This document shows, piece after piece, positions 7,719-18,900 of a DNA stretch of 42,983 nt (position 1 is its first letter; each line of letters begins with the position of its first letter). A program made the translations under genes and the position numbers. Origin of the DNA: a virus. The notes below the pieces were generated by a model, which was not told where the DNA came from, did no database searches, and worked only from the letters and a program-made list of their open reading frames with translations. The DNA is taken from positions 1 through 42,983 of IMG/VR virus record IMGVR_UViG_3300000271_000002; one strand, given 5' to 3'.

Positions 7719-10243
7719 AAAAAACCTACAAGGCATTTTCCGCCGGTGAATTGTCCGAAGACATGTTCGGTCGCTATGATGTCGATAAATACGGCACCGG
7801 CTGTCGGGCTTTGAAAAACAACATCATCATGCCGCAAGGCGGTGTGTTCTTCCGTCCAGGCACGAAGATGACCTGCGCCGCCGGTGATTCCACAAAGGCC
7901 GTGTGCCTGATCCCGTTCGAGTTTTCGACCATCCAGGCTTATGTGCTGGAATTTGGCCACCTGTATATGCGCGTTATCAAAGACGGTGCGCAGGTGCTGG
8001 AAGCCAACAAGGTCATCACCGCCATCAGCCAGGCCAACCCTGGCGTTGTGACATCGAACGCGCACGGCTTTTCAAACGGTCAGGAAGTTTACATCGCCAG
8101 CATCCTCGGCATGACAGACCTGAACGGTCGCAACTTCACGGTCGCAGGCGTGACCGCCAACACCTTCACGCTGATCGATATGTTCGGCAACGCCGTGAAC
8201 ACCACAGCTATGTCTGCCTACATATCCGGTGGCACGGCAGGCCGCGTGTACGAGATCGCCACGCCCTACACCGAAAGCGAGTTGTTCGATCTTTACTTCG
8301 CGCAGACCGCCGATGTCATGACGTTCGCGCACGAAGCGCACGATGTGATGGAATTGACCCGCACAGGCCACACCGCATGGACGATCACCACCGCGCTGTT
8401 CAAGCCATCGATCACATGGCCTGTCCCCATCAGCGTCGCCGCCAGCCCATCTTCCGGCGCGACCGTCAACAAATACAAGGTCACCGCGGTTAAGGATGAA
8501 ACCTATGAAGAATCATTGGTCGGCACCGAGGCCACGAAAGCGATCACCGGCGCGACGCAGGCAAACCCATGCGTTTTGACCATTGTGGGCCACGGCTACA
8601 CGACCGGCGATGAAGTATATCTTGATGCCGTTGGTGGCATGACACAGTTGAACGGACGCTATGTGAAGGTAACCAGCACCGGCGCGAACACCGTGTCCTT
8701 GCAGGGCGTTGATTCGTCGGCTTACACGGCCTACACATCCGGCGGCACTGCGGCCAGAACGCACACGCAGGTCGCCAACGATCTGACCACGGCAGGCAAC
8801 AAGAACACCATATCGTGGACGGCTGTGACCGGCGCGATCAAATACAATATTTACAAAAGCGAATCAGGGACGTTCGGCTATATCGGATCATCGGAAGCCC
8901 TTTCATTCGTGGATGACAACATCGAACCCGCCGTCGGCAACACACCGCCGCGTGCCAGAAATCCGTTTGAAGGCACCGGCAACAAGCCTTCGGTCGTCAC
9001 CTTCCAAAACCAACGCCGCGTTTTTGCGGCCACGCTGAACAAGCCGGACACGCTGTGGTTCAGCCGCGCCGGTCAATACGGCAACTTTTCGACATCGGTG
9101 CCGAACAAAGATGATGATGCCATCACGTTCGCGCTTGCATCCGGTCAGGTGAACAAGATCAACCACCTCGTTTCTTTCCGCGATCTGTTGGCCATGACGG
9201 TCAGCCAGGAATACAAGGTCGGAGCGAACGGCGGGCCATACACGCCCACCACCATGCAGGCCTTCCCTGAAACGAACTATGGAAGTCAGGGCGGCGGCGA
9301 CATTCCGAGCGTGCGCCCGATCCTGATCGGCAACACCGCGATCATTTCCAGCAAGTACGGTTCCAGCGTAAGAGATTACGGCTTCACGTTCGAGGCCGAT
9401 GGCTACGATGGGAACGATCTGTCTGTACTATCGAAACATCTTTTGAAAGACCGCTACATCAAGCAGTGGGCGTTCGCACAAGAACCCGACCGCATCATCT
9501 GGGCGGTCATGTCGGACGGCAAGCTGTGTTCCCTCACCTACATGCGCGAACACCGCGTCTGGGGTTGGGCGCGTCACGAAACCGATGGCTTCGTTGAAAG
9601 CATCTGTGTCATCCCTGACATCGCCCGCCGTATGGATTCGGTTTACATGGTTGTGCGCCGCACGATCAACGAACAAGAAATCCGCTATATCGAACGCCTT
9701 GAAAAATACATCGATGCGCCGGTCGCGCAGTCTTACTTCCTCGATTGCGGCCTGTCCTATGACGGCGCGGCCATCACGGTCGTTAAAAACCTGTGGCACC
9801 TCGAAGGCAAGACCGTGAAGGTTTTGGCCGACGGCGATGTTCTGCCAGACAAGGTTGTCACCAATGGCCAGATCACGCTGGCAAAAGCCGCATCGATCAT
9901 CCATGTGGGCCTTGGGTATCAGGGCATTTTGTGGCCTATGCCAACAGATATGGACACGAAAAGCGGTTCAACGAAGGGCGACCCGAAACGCCTCACCACC
10001 TGCTATGTCGAAACCATCCGCACGCGGGGCATCGAGTGTGGCCAAACCGACACCGACACGGCCTATGCCAAAATCCAACCGGCGACCGACAACCTCGACC
10101 TGGACAGCACCATCGAGCCGTTCACCGGTATGCAGGAATTGTCTGTGGAATCGGCATGGGATGCCACCTATGTTTCGCCGGTTATCTTCCAAAACCAGCC
10201 ACTGCCCGCAAAAATCCTATCGCTGACACCGAACTATGCCTAA
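7715..10243 (+). CDS. Tail tubular protein B / nozzle protein with two inserted SH3-like (E1 FCCH-like) domains and an FN3-like segment
   Basis: 842 aa. It has the FEFSTIQAYVLEFGHLYMRVIKDG N-terminal pattern. There is an internal duplication (aa 103-178 and 277-349) sharing QANP..V.T..HG...G.EVY....GMT.LNGR...V......T....YTSGGTA.R. Confidence 0.8.
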   Translation: MKKTYKAFSAGELSEDMFGRYDVDKYGTGCRALKNNIIMPQGGVFFRPGTKMTCAAGDSTKAVCLIPFEFSTIQAYVLEFGHLYMRVIKDGAQVLEANKVITAISQANPGVVTSNAHGFSNGQEVYIASILGMTDLNGRNFTVAGVTANTFTLIDMFGNAVNTTAMSAYISGGTAGRVYEIATPYTESELFDLYFAQTADVMTFAHEAHDVMELTRTGHTAWTITTALFKPSITWPVPISVAASPSSGATVNKYKVTAVKDETYEESLVGTEATKAITGATQANPCVLTIVGHGYTTGDEVYLDAVGGMTQLNGRYVKVTSTGANTVSLQGVDSSAYTAYTSGGTAARTHTQVANDLTTAGNKNTISWTAVTGAIKYNIYKSESGTFGYIGSSEALSFVDDNIEPAVGNTPPRARNPFEGTGNKPSVVTFQNQRRVFAATLNKPDTLWFSRAGQYGNFSTSVPNKDDDAITFALASGQVNKINHLVSFRDLLAMTVSQEYKVGANGGPYTPTTMQAFPETNYGSQGGGDIPSVRPILIGNTAIISSKYGSSVRDYGFTFEADGYDGNDLSVLSKHLLKDRYIKQWAFAQEPDRIIWAVMSDGKLCSLTYMREHRVWGWARHETDGFVESICVIPDIARRMDSVYMVVRRTINEQEIRYIERLEKYIDAPVAQSYFLDCGLSYDGAAITVVKNLWHLEGKTVKVLADGDVLPDKVVTNGQITLAKAASIIHVGLGYQGILWPMPTDMDTKSGSTKGDPKRLTTCYVETIRTRGIECGQTDTDTAYAKIQPATDNLDLDSTIEPFTGMQELSVESAWDATYVSPVIFQNQPLPAKILSLTPNYA

Positions 10244-10724
10244 GCCGCAAATTGTTCCAGCCCTACAAGAACACATCCACGCGATGGCCCCGCACCTTCG
10301 GGCGGACGATGTACGGGAAATCTGGTGTTCGGGTGGGTGGAACCCATTGGAAGGTCTGCAATACAGCCTCGACCACAGCGAGGCCTACACCGCGCTGATA
10401 CCTGGAAGCAACATTCCGGCGGCGATGTTTGGCATCGGTAAAGCGTCGATCCTGGACAACCGCCGAAGCATCTGGCTCTTGGGAACCGATCAGGTTCAGC
10501 ATTATAAAAAACGGCTTGTGCAACAATCTGGTGACTACATCAATTTACTGGGTGCGGGATGCACCGTTTACAATTATGTTTTATCATCGAATGAATTATC
10601 TTTGAAGTGGCTACATTGGCTAGGTTTCCGTATAATGAGGCCGAAGCCCTGGGGCTTGTTCCAAAAAGATTTTTGCTATGTTGAAAAGGAAATCCCGCTA
10701 TGTGCACACCAGCCGCCGCAATAG
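10236..10724 (+). CDS. Internal virion protein (gp13-like position; possibly DUF2833 type)
   Basis: 162 aa. It overlaps the nozzle stop by 8 nt. Its position in the T7-like order supports the call. The LKWLHWLGF C-terminal pattern is only a weak, memory-based family match. Confidence 0.6.
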   Translation: MPKPQIVPALQEHIHAMAPHLRADDVREIWCSGGWNPLEGLQYSLDHSEAYTALIPGSNIPAAMFGIGKASILDNRRSIWLLGTDQVQHYKKRLVQQSGDYINLLGAGCTVYNYVLSSNELSLKWLHWLGFRIMRPKPWGLFQKDFCYVEKEIPLCAHQPPQ

Positions 10725-11236
10725 TCGCCACGATTGCCAGCACTGCCGTGAGCGCATACGGCTCGATGCAGGCGGGCAAAGCTGAAGAAGCACAATACAA
10801 TTATCAGGCGGCAGTTGACCGCAACAACGCGCAGGTGAAGCAGTGGCAATCCGACGATGCCCTGAAGCGCGGCAAGGAAGAAGAACGCCGCCAGCGTCTT
10901 ATGACGGCCCAGAAAAAGGGTGCGCAGGTCGTGGGCTTCGCCGCCAACGGCATCGACCTCGGAAGCGAGAACGTCGCCGAAACACTGGCCGACACCGCGA
11001 TGATCGGCGAACTCGATGCGCTGACCATCCGTTCCAACGCCAAGCGCGAGGCCTACGGCTACCAGGTCGAAGGCTCGAACTTCGAAGCATCCGCCGGTGC
11101 CAAAAAAATCGCCGGAAAGAACGCGAAGAAGGCAGGCACGATGAACGCCTTTTCCACCATCCTGGGCGGCACGAACACGCTGACCGGCCAGTTCTCTGAC
11201 AACAAAGCAAAAACCGGAAGCATCTGGGGGAAATAA
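10700..11236 (+). CDS. Internal virion (core) protein, gp14-like
   Basis: 178 aa with a hydrophobic N-terminus (AAIVATIASTAVSAYG) followed by a coiled, charged region. The position after the gp13-like gene supports the call, and the stop/start with the next gene is a TAATG overlap. Confidence 0.7.
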   Translation: MCTPAAAIVATIASTAVSAYGSMQAGKAEEAQYNYQAAVDRNNAQVKQWQSDDALKRGKEEERRQRLMTAQKKGAQVVGFAANGIDLGSENVAETLADTAMIGELDALTIRSNAKREAYGYQVEGSNFEASAGAKKIAGKNAKKAGTMNAFSTILGGTNTLTGQFSDNKAKTGSIWGK

Positions 11237-12993
11237 TGGGCGTTCAAATTCCAACAAACCGCCAACAAGGTGTTGAACAGCGCGGCTTCAACGGCACGCA
11301 AAATATCGATGCGCCTGCCGCCGCGTTCGGCGGACAAAACGCACAAGCCCTGGTGAACCTCGGCAAAGAAGGCCAGCGCGGTGCAGACATGATGCACGAA
11401 CGCGCCATGGTCATCGCCACGACGCGCAACAAGGCCCGCGCCGAAGAAGCACGCGCCGCACTGATCCGCGCCCAAACCGATTTCCTGCACAATCCTGAAA
11501 AGGGAATCTATCGCCGCCGTGGTGCCAACGCCATGGATGTCACACGCGAAACGGTGAAGTGGTATGACGAACAATCCAAGGTCATCGCCAACGGTTTGGA
11601 GAACGACGAGCAACGCCAGCTTTTCAACCAGACCCTTGTGGACACCCGCATGTCCACCGAAGAACAGGTCAGCAAGTTCGAGCGCGATGAACTTTATAAT
11701 TATGGCCGCGATGCCAGAACCGCCAGCATCAAAACCTACGAAGATGCCGCCGCCGCCAATTCCACCAATGTGCAGGTCGTGGATGAATATTTGAACAAGT
11801 CGAAGGAAATGCAGATCGAGGACGGCGTGCCGCCCGAAGCCGCAGACTTGAACGTGAACCGCAAACGCTCGACCATCTTTTTGACGAACCTGCAAAACCG
11901 CATCGACACCGGCGATTATGCGCAGGCCATCATGTACTTCGAAGGAAACAAAGAAGCCTTTGTCGGCGACGATGTTGGTGTCGCTGAAAAGATTGTCAGC
12001 AACGCACGCATGACGGTGGACACAACGGCGCAGGCCGAAGAAATAATCGCAAGATCACCGACGCTGGCCGATGCCATCAAGGAAGCGCGTGCGACCGCCG
12101 AGACAAAAGGCACAGAGTATGCAGATACGCTTATCACCCGCGTGAACAAACTGGACGGCGAACGCAAAACCGCGCTTGACCAGGAACGCACGGCGGCAAC
12201 GCGCCAGTCGTGGGATGCCATCGATGCGGGCAAAGGGCCGGAAGTCATTCCGGTGTGGGCTGATCGCTCGACCCGCGAATCGATGTTGCGTGCCATCAGC
12301 GACCGCGCCCAGGGCAAGGAAGTGGTCACCGATTACACGACCATGGCCAATTTGAAAAAGTCTTATCAGGAAACGCCTGGCAAGTTCGCCACGCAGGACA
12401 TCACCAAAGACCTGAACAAGCTGTCGGCCACCGACAGAAAACAGGTTCTGACCTGGCAGGCTGAAGCCGCCGCAGGCATCAGCGACGAGCAGATGAAAGA
12501 AAACAAGAAGGCGTTGCTGGCCACCGAGGAAGTGCGCGACGAAGGCCGCGAAGCGATGCGCCTGGCATACGGTCAGGAGTTCATGAACCGCAAATCCAGC
12601 AAAGACCAGATCGCCCTGTTTCAGGAGAAGCTGGACTATGCGGTCAGCCTGGAAAAAGAGCGTTTGAAAAAAGATGGTTTATCACGCAAGGAAGTGCGCG
12701 AAATCGCCAATTCGCTTTTGCTGAAGGGCAAAGTTTCAAGGTTCGGATATGACACGCCCACGGCGGCGTTCCAGGTGCCTGACGACCAGCGTGACAAATT
12801 CTATGTCCCGCACAGCAAAATCCCTGAAGCCGAACGGCTGAAAGTGCGCCAGGCGATCAAACAAAACAATCGGCAGATGAAAGATGCCGGACAATTCGAT
12901 AGGATGATTCCCGATACCAAGGAAGGTGTCGAGCGCGTCTATAATGCGAAACGCTTCAACCGCGATATGTTCAAACCAGGTGTGACCGAATAA
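11236..12993 (+). CDS. Internal virion protein, gp15-like
   Basis: 585 aa, highly helical and charged. It is TAATG-coupled on both sides and sits between the gp14-like gene and the giant gene. Confidence 0.75.
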   Translation: MGVQIPTNRQQGVEQRGFNGTQNIDAPAAAFGGQNAQALVNLGKEGQRGADMMHERAMVIATTRNKARAEEARAALIRAQTDFLHNPEKGIYRRRGANAMDVTRETVKWYDEQSKVIANGLENDEQRQLFNQTLVDTRMSTEEQVSKFERDELYNYGRDARTASIKTYEDAAAANSTNVQVVDEYLNKSKEMQIEDGVPPEAADLNVNRKRSTIFLTNLQNRIDTGDYAQAIMYFEGNKEAFVGDDVGVAEKIVSNARMTVDTTAQAEEIIARSPTLADAIKEARATAETKGTEYADTLITRVNKLDGERKTALDQERTAATRQSWDAIDAGKGPEVIPVWADRSTRESMLRAISDRAQGKEVVTDYTTMANLKKSYQETPGKFATQDITKDLNKLSATDRKQVLTWQAEAAAGISDEQMKENKKALLATEEVRDEGREAMRLAYGQEFMNRKSSKDQIALFQEKLDYAVSLEKERLKKDGLSRKEVREIANSLLLKGKVSRFGYDTPTAAFQVPDDQRDKFYVPHSKIPEAERLKVRQAIKQNNRQMKDAGQFDRMIPDTKEGVERVYNAKRFNRDMFKPGVTE

Positions 12994-15900
12994 TGGCCGA
13001 TGATTTCAAACCAGAACCCCGCGCCAATGCCGCGCAGGTATTACAGCCGGTCATTTCATCGCTGGTCGATAAAGGCGTGAACCCGCAAGACATCAGTGGT
13101 CAGGTGGAAGATTATTATGGCGGTCTGGGCGAAGACCAGCTTGCGTCCGCCGCAGAATTGCAGGGCAGGCTCGAAGGCCTCGCGCCGTCCGACAACAGTG
13201 CGCCGTTGACCATGGCCGATCTGGGCGATGACATCGATGCGCCGCCGGTGCCGCCAATTTCAGCCGGCCAAGTCGAAGACGAACTGGATTATCCCGACTA
13301 TCAGGACAACCTCGGCGCGGTCGCCGAGAAGCCGCAGGATGATGTGCAGTCATCGCTCTATGCCGTCAAAGACATCAACCCCGATGAATATGCGGGCCAC
13401 CGGCAGATCGCCGAGAAGCTGGCGGTTCCGGTCGATCAGGTTGCCGCAGATCCCGAAGAAGCCAAAGTGCAGGCGCAGTTCGGCGATAATGAATATTTTG
13501 AAAACATGCGGTCGAACAATCCGGTGCTGTCGGGCCTGATGGCTGAAGACCGCGAAGCCGCGATCATCATGCAAGATGATGTCCCCGAATTGTCGGGCAT
13601 CACCGGCTGGTTCAAGGCCGTCGGTCGCAAGGCTGGCGGATCATACGAAGATGCAAGCGGCGCGGCTGATGTTGCCATGCGCAAACTTATCACCGGCGAA
13701 GAAATCACCGAAGACGACCTGGCCGCGTGGGACGAGGAAGCCGCGCAGGAAAAAACAGATTATGGCTACACCGACCCGTTCACAGACCTGGTGTTTTCAT
13801 CGGCGGAACAATTCGGCCCCCTCGTTCAGTCTGCCAAAGGCGCAGGCGTGGGCGCAGGCGGCGGTGCCTTGGTCGGCGCAGGTGTCGGCACAGCGTTCGG
13901 CGGCTTGGGTGCTGGCCCTGGTGCGGTCGTGGGCGCGGCACGCGGCGCAGGCGTTGGTGCGGCCTATCAATCCGCGCTGATGGAAGGCGGCTTTGCGCTT
14001 AAAGAATTTGCCACCATGAAGGATGAAAACGGCGACCGGCTCGATCCTGCCGTCGCACGCGGCGCGGCCACCATCGTCGGCATTTCCAACGGCGGCTTGG
14101 AAGTCGTCGGCCTTGGGTTCTTGCTGAAGGGCATACCTGGCGGCGACAAGCTGGTGCAACTGGCCACACGCGGCGCGGTCAAAACCGCACTGAAGGATGT
14201 GACCGTCCGCACAGCGATCGGCAATTTTACGAAAAAATATGCGGCAGGTATCACGGCAGAAACCGCGACCGAGGCGGGGCAGGAATTGTTCACGATCCTG
14301 GGAAGCATCGCGGCGGCGCAGGCCGACGGCGACAAGTTCGACACCGGCACGTTCGCCGAGAACGCTGGCAGGGTGGGTGAAGCATCCGTGCAAGCCGCCA
14401 AGTCCATGATCCTGCTGAACGCCCCAGGGCCGTCTGCTGGCCTCTATCGGGATGTCAAAGCCATCAACAAGGCGCAGGCCGACCAAACCCGCATCCTCGA
14501 CCTCGCCAAGGGCGTGGAAGCATCAAAGACCACCGCCCGCGCCCCCGACAAACTGGAAAAGCTGATAAAGCTGGCCAAAAAAGAGGGCGACTATCAGCAC
14601 GCCTATGTGTCCTATGACAAATTCAACGAGGTATTCCAGCAAAACGGCGGCAAGGTCGAAGACGCTGTGCTGGAACTCGACATCGCCCAGGAATATGCGG
14701 AAGCCAAGGCGACCGGCAACCCCATCGCCATCCCCATCGAAATCTATGCGGCGCGGATGATACCGTCGCAAACCTACAAGGCATTGTTAGATCACACCAA
14801 ATTCGATGCCAACGGTGTCACGGTGGCTGATGCCACCACCATGCAGGCCGAATACCAGGCCCGCATCGACACAGAGTTCGAGCGTGCCAGTGCGGAAATG
14901 GAACAAGATGGCGGCGAACAGACCGTCCGTTCCCAGATTTTCAGCGATGCCTTCGACAAACTCGCGGCCATCGGAACCCCAGAAAAGCAGGGCAGGAAAT
15001 ATGCCACGCTGATCGCCGCCCGCTATGCCGCGACCGGTGCGCGTTCCGGCCTCGACCCGATGCAACTTTACCAGGAAAGCGGCATCTTCAAAGGCGTGCG
15101 CCGCGCCCTGCCCGAATCACTGGCCGCGACCGACGATGTGCGGATGCGCAACCTGATCGCCCGCCTGCAAAACGACGAATCGTATGTGGTGCCTGACAAC
15201 GGTGCACAACTGGCCAGCGACGCGCAGGCCGTGAATGATCTTGCCGCGCTGACCGAACAACTCGGCATCGATGCGGCGACCACCTCACCCGACGCGATCA
15301 TGAAGGCCATCGATGCGCACATCGCACGGCTTCAGCCTGCCGACACGGAACAAAGCCTGTTCCAGAAAATCGTCAACGCTGTCACTGGCGCGGAAGAAAC
15401 AAAGGCCGAACCGTTGGTGCCTTCCGATGTCAATGCGCTCGGTTTCTTTTCGAAGATGGGCCGCGTGCTGTCCGAGAAGTTGAACGCGCAAGGCACGCCG
15501 CGCCAGTACATCGAGCAGATCAAAGCGTTCGCCGCCGCCGGTCAATTCAAACCCGACGAAGCGGAATGGTCGGGCGTTTACGACTGGCTGGAAATGATGG
15601 ACTCGATGGACGCATCGGCGAAGATGCCAAAAGCGTCGCTGATGAATTTTTTAAACAAGGACGGATTCAGCCTCGAAGAAGTTGGCGAACAGATGGGCGG
15701 TGTGCCTGGCGTTCAATCTATCACCGAAAATGACTTCACGGAAACCGATAGCCGCTACAACGAGCCTGACAGTGGTTACATCGAGGAACAGGCGGAAGAA
15801 TATTATTTCAAAGACATCTTTGAAGAAATGACGCAACGGGACAAGGATGAAAACCCCGACCCCGCAGACCGCAAAACTGAAGAAGAATTAAAAGCGGCGG

Positions 15901-18900
15901 CGATGGAAGAAGCCATCGAGCAAGCTGAATATTCCGCACGCGATGACGAATATAATTATACAGACACCTTCGAATATCGCGGCGATGATGTCGGATATGA
16001 AATTGAATTTGATGTTGACCGTGGCGGTGGCTACATCGGCATCAGGATCGATGGCACATGGATCGATGATGCGCATGACTGGCCATCCGCCCTGCGAAAA
16101 CTAAGAACTTGGTTGCAGGACAAAGGTGTCACCATCGGTGAATCCGCGGATGAACCGGAGTTCGAAGCATACACTGCCGCCGGTGGTGAAAATTATGCGT
16201 TCTATCGCCTGCGCGTTCCCAAAGGTTTGGTCGGCGGCACGTTCAAGCAAAGCGGCCACTACCCCGAAAAAGATGTGGTCATCCACTACCGCACGAAAGA
16301 CCGCATCGGCCCGACCGGTGAAAAAATGTTGTTCGTTGAAGAAGTTCAGAGCGACCTGCACCAGGCGGCATACAAGAACCGTTTAAATGGCGGCATCGGT
16401 TACATCACCGAGGTGGATCAGGAAAGAGTTCACAGAGAAAAAGCGGCCATGCAGATCGCCAGCGAAAATGAAGGCGACACACGGCGTGCATACAAGGCTT
16501 TCATGGATCAGATAGAAGCTGATGTCGTCGCCGATCAACTGGCAGACGTAGCCCCTCTATCTGAAAATCTGGCGCGGCGTGCCATCTACCTGTTCGATAT
16601 TTACGGAAAGAATGGAAAAAAAGCGGCAGACTTTACTGCCGAAGAACGCGCTGAAATCTTCGCCACGGAATTGTCCGGCAAAAGCCATGAAGTTTTTGCG
16701 GGTGGTATCGTCAAGGACTCGCCTGCTGATGTTAATAATATTTTGGTGCGCGATTTTGTCACACGCCTCGATGCAGAATTTTCACGCGACCCATCCATCC
16801 GTGAAAATTATCAAGCGTTTGTCGATCAGTACATCAAGACATCGATTGACGGCTGGCAGGAGATACTCGACAAGCTGGAAGGCATCGGCAAAAATCCGGC
16901 GCGACAATTCGATAGCAAGGAAATGCCTGAATACAGGCAGGCCATCGAGGGCATCGAGCGCGACAAGGCGTTGCATAAATATCTGAAAGAGCACGCGCCG
17001 CCGGTGATGGTGAGGGCTGAAGAAAAAGCCAAGTATTTGGTTGATATATTCTTTAAAAATTTAGACCAACACATCGAACTGGATGCGGCCCGCGTCGCGG
17101 CGGCAAAAGAAGTTGAAGCCCTAAGAAAAACCATGGTGGATGTGTTCAACCTTGTGCCGTTCGCGCCGTTCGGAAAGACATGGCGGCAGGTTGCACTGAA
17201 ACGCCTGCTAATTAAGGCCGCGCAAGGTGGCTTCAAATCTATCGGCTGGACGACCGGCACACAGCAGAACGTCCGCTATAATCTGTCGCGTGTCATCGAT
17301 GCGATGGATGCGAAGCGCGACGGTGAAGACTTTGTTTTTGTTGTCAACGGTTACGAAATCAGGAACGCTTTGGAGCAAGCGGGCGGCAATCGCCTACTAG
17401 ATGGAAACATCGCTGTGCACGAAACCAAGCTGGACGATGTGTTTGGAAAAAACGCCGCCGACACGATCCGCGCCCAGACTGAAGACCACAGCAAAAAATA
17501 TAGTGAAGGTTTTGCCCGAATTGATTTTGAAGCAGGCCTTGAAATCGGCGGCGACAAAAAAGGCAACCTGTACGACTCGGTGATGCCGCTTGAATTTTCG
17601 ACCGTGATGAAGAAAATCGACAAAGGCGCGAAGGCGACGCTGACGCAATTTGACATCATCGAATCAGGTCGCAACATCGGCAAGATATGGCACGCCCCCA
17701 TCAGCGATGAAGCTGTTGCGACCATCCGCCAAGGCCTCGAACTGTTCCAAAAAAATGACGGCGTGCAGGGTTCCTACAACCGCGCCACCAAAGCCATCAC
17801 GCTGTTCGAAGGCGCAGACCTTTCGACGCTGTTGCACGAACTCGGCCACATGTGGCTGGACGAAACCAAAGCATTGGCGGAACGCGCCGATGTGAATCCC
17901 GAAATCAAAAAAGACTGGGACAAGCTGAAGGCCTGGCTTGGCGTTGTCGATGACACCATCCCGATGACACGCGAACAGCATGAAAAATTCGCCCGCACGT
18001 TCGAACTTTATCTGCGCGAGGGCAAGGCACCGTCCATCGAATTGCAGAGCGCGTTCGATGCGTTCGCCGCGTGGCTTCGCCGCATATACCAAACCGTGCA
18101 GAAATTGGCGCAGGCCGCAGGCTTCAACGTCACCATCAACGACGACATCCGCGAAGTGTTCGACCGGATGCTGGCATCGAGCGAGGAAATCGACCAGATG
18201 CGCCAGCAGGCCGAATACATGGAAGACCCTGCCATCATGGACATGATGAACAGCAACGAACGCGCTGACTACATCGAAGCCAAGCGCAACGCGAGAGAAC
18301 GCGCAAAATCCGAACTGCTTGCCCGCATGTTGCGCCAGGTGGAAAAACGCCGTTCTGTCGAGTTCAAAGAGGAGTCGGAAGCCGTGCGGGACGAGCTGGT
18401 GGAATCCGCCAAGACCGACCCGACTTTGCAGGTCATTGAAGCCCTGACCACCGGCCACTTCATCGGCGATCCGAAGAACGAAAAAGCGTTGCCGCGCATC
18501 AAGATCGACCGCAACTGGTTCCTGGAAACATACGGTGTCAAACCGCCCATCGAAATCGTCGCATCGAAGACCGGCAAAACATGGCAGGTTCTGAAGAACG
18601 GCGTGAAAGACGGCCAGTTCAAAGACCAGCTTGCCGCCAACGAGTACGCGGAAAAACTGCGCAAGCGTGCAAAGAATATCCTGCCGCCCGATCTGCCGAA
18701 GCACATCAAAAAGATGATCGCCGGTGTCGGCGGTATGCACCCAGACCAGGCCGCGCAACTGCTGGCCCCTGGGACGTTCCAGTCCGGTCGCCAGATGATG
18801 GACACCGTGATGTCGATGCCTTCGTTCAAGGACACCATCGATGGCCAGGTGAAGCAACAGATGGACGAACGCTTCCCCGAAATGCTCGACCCCGCCAGCA

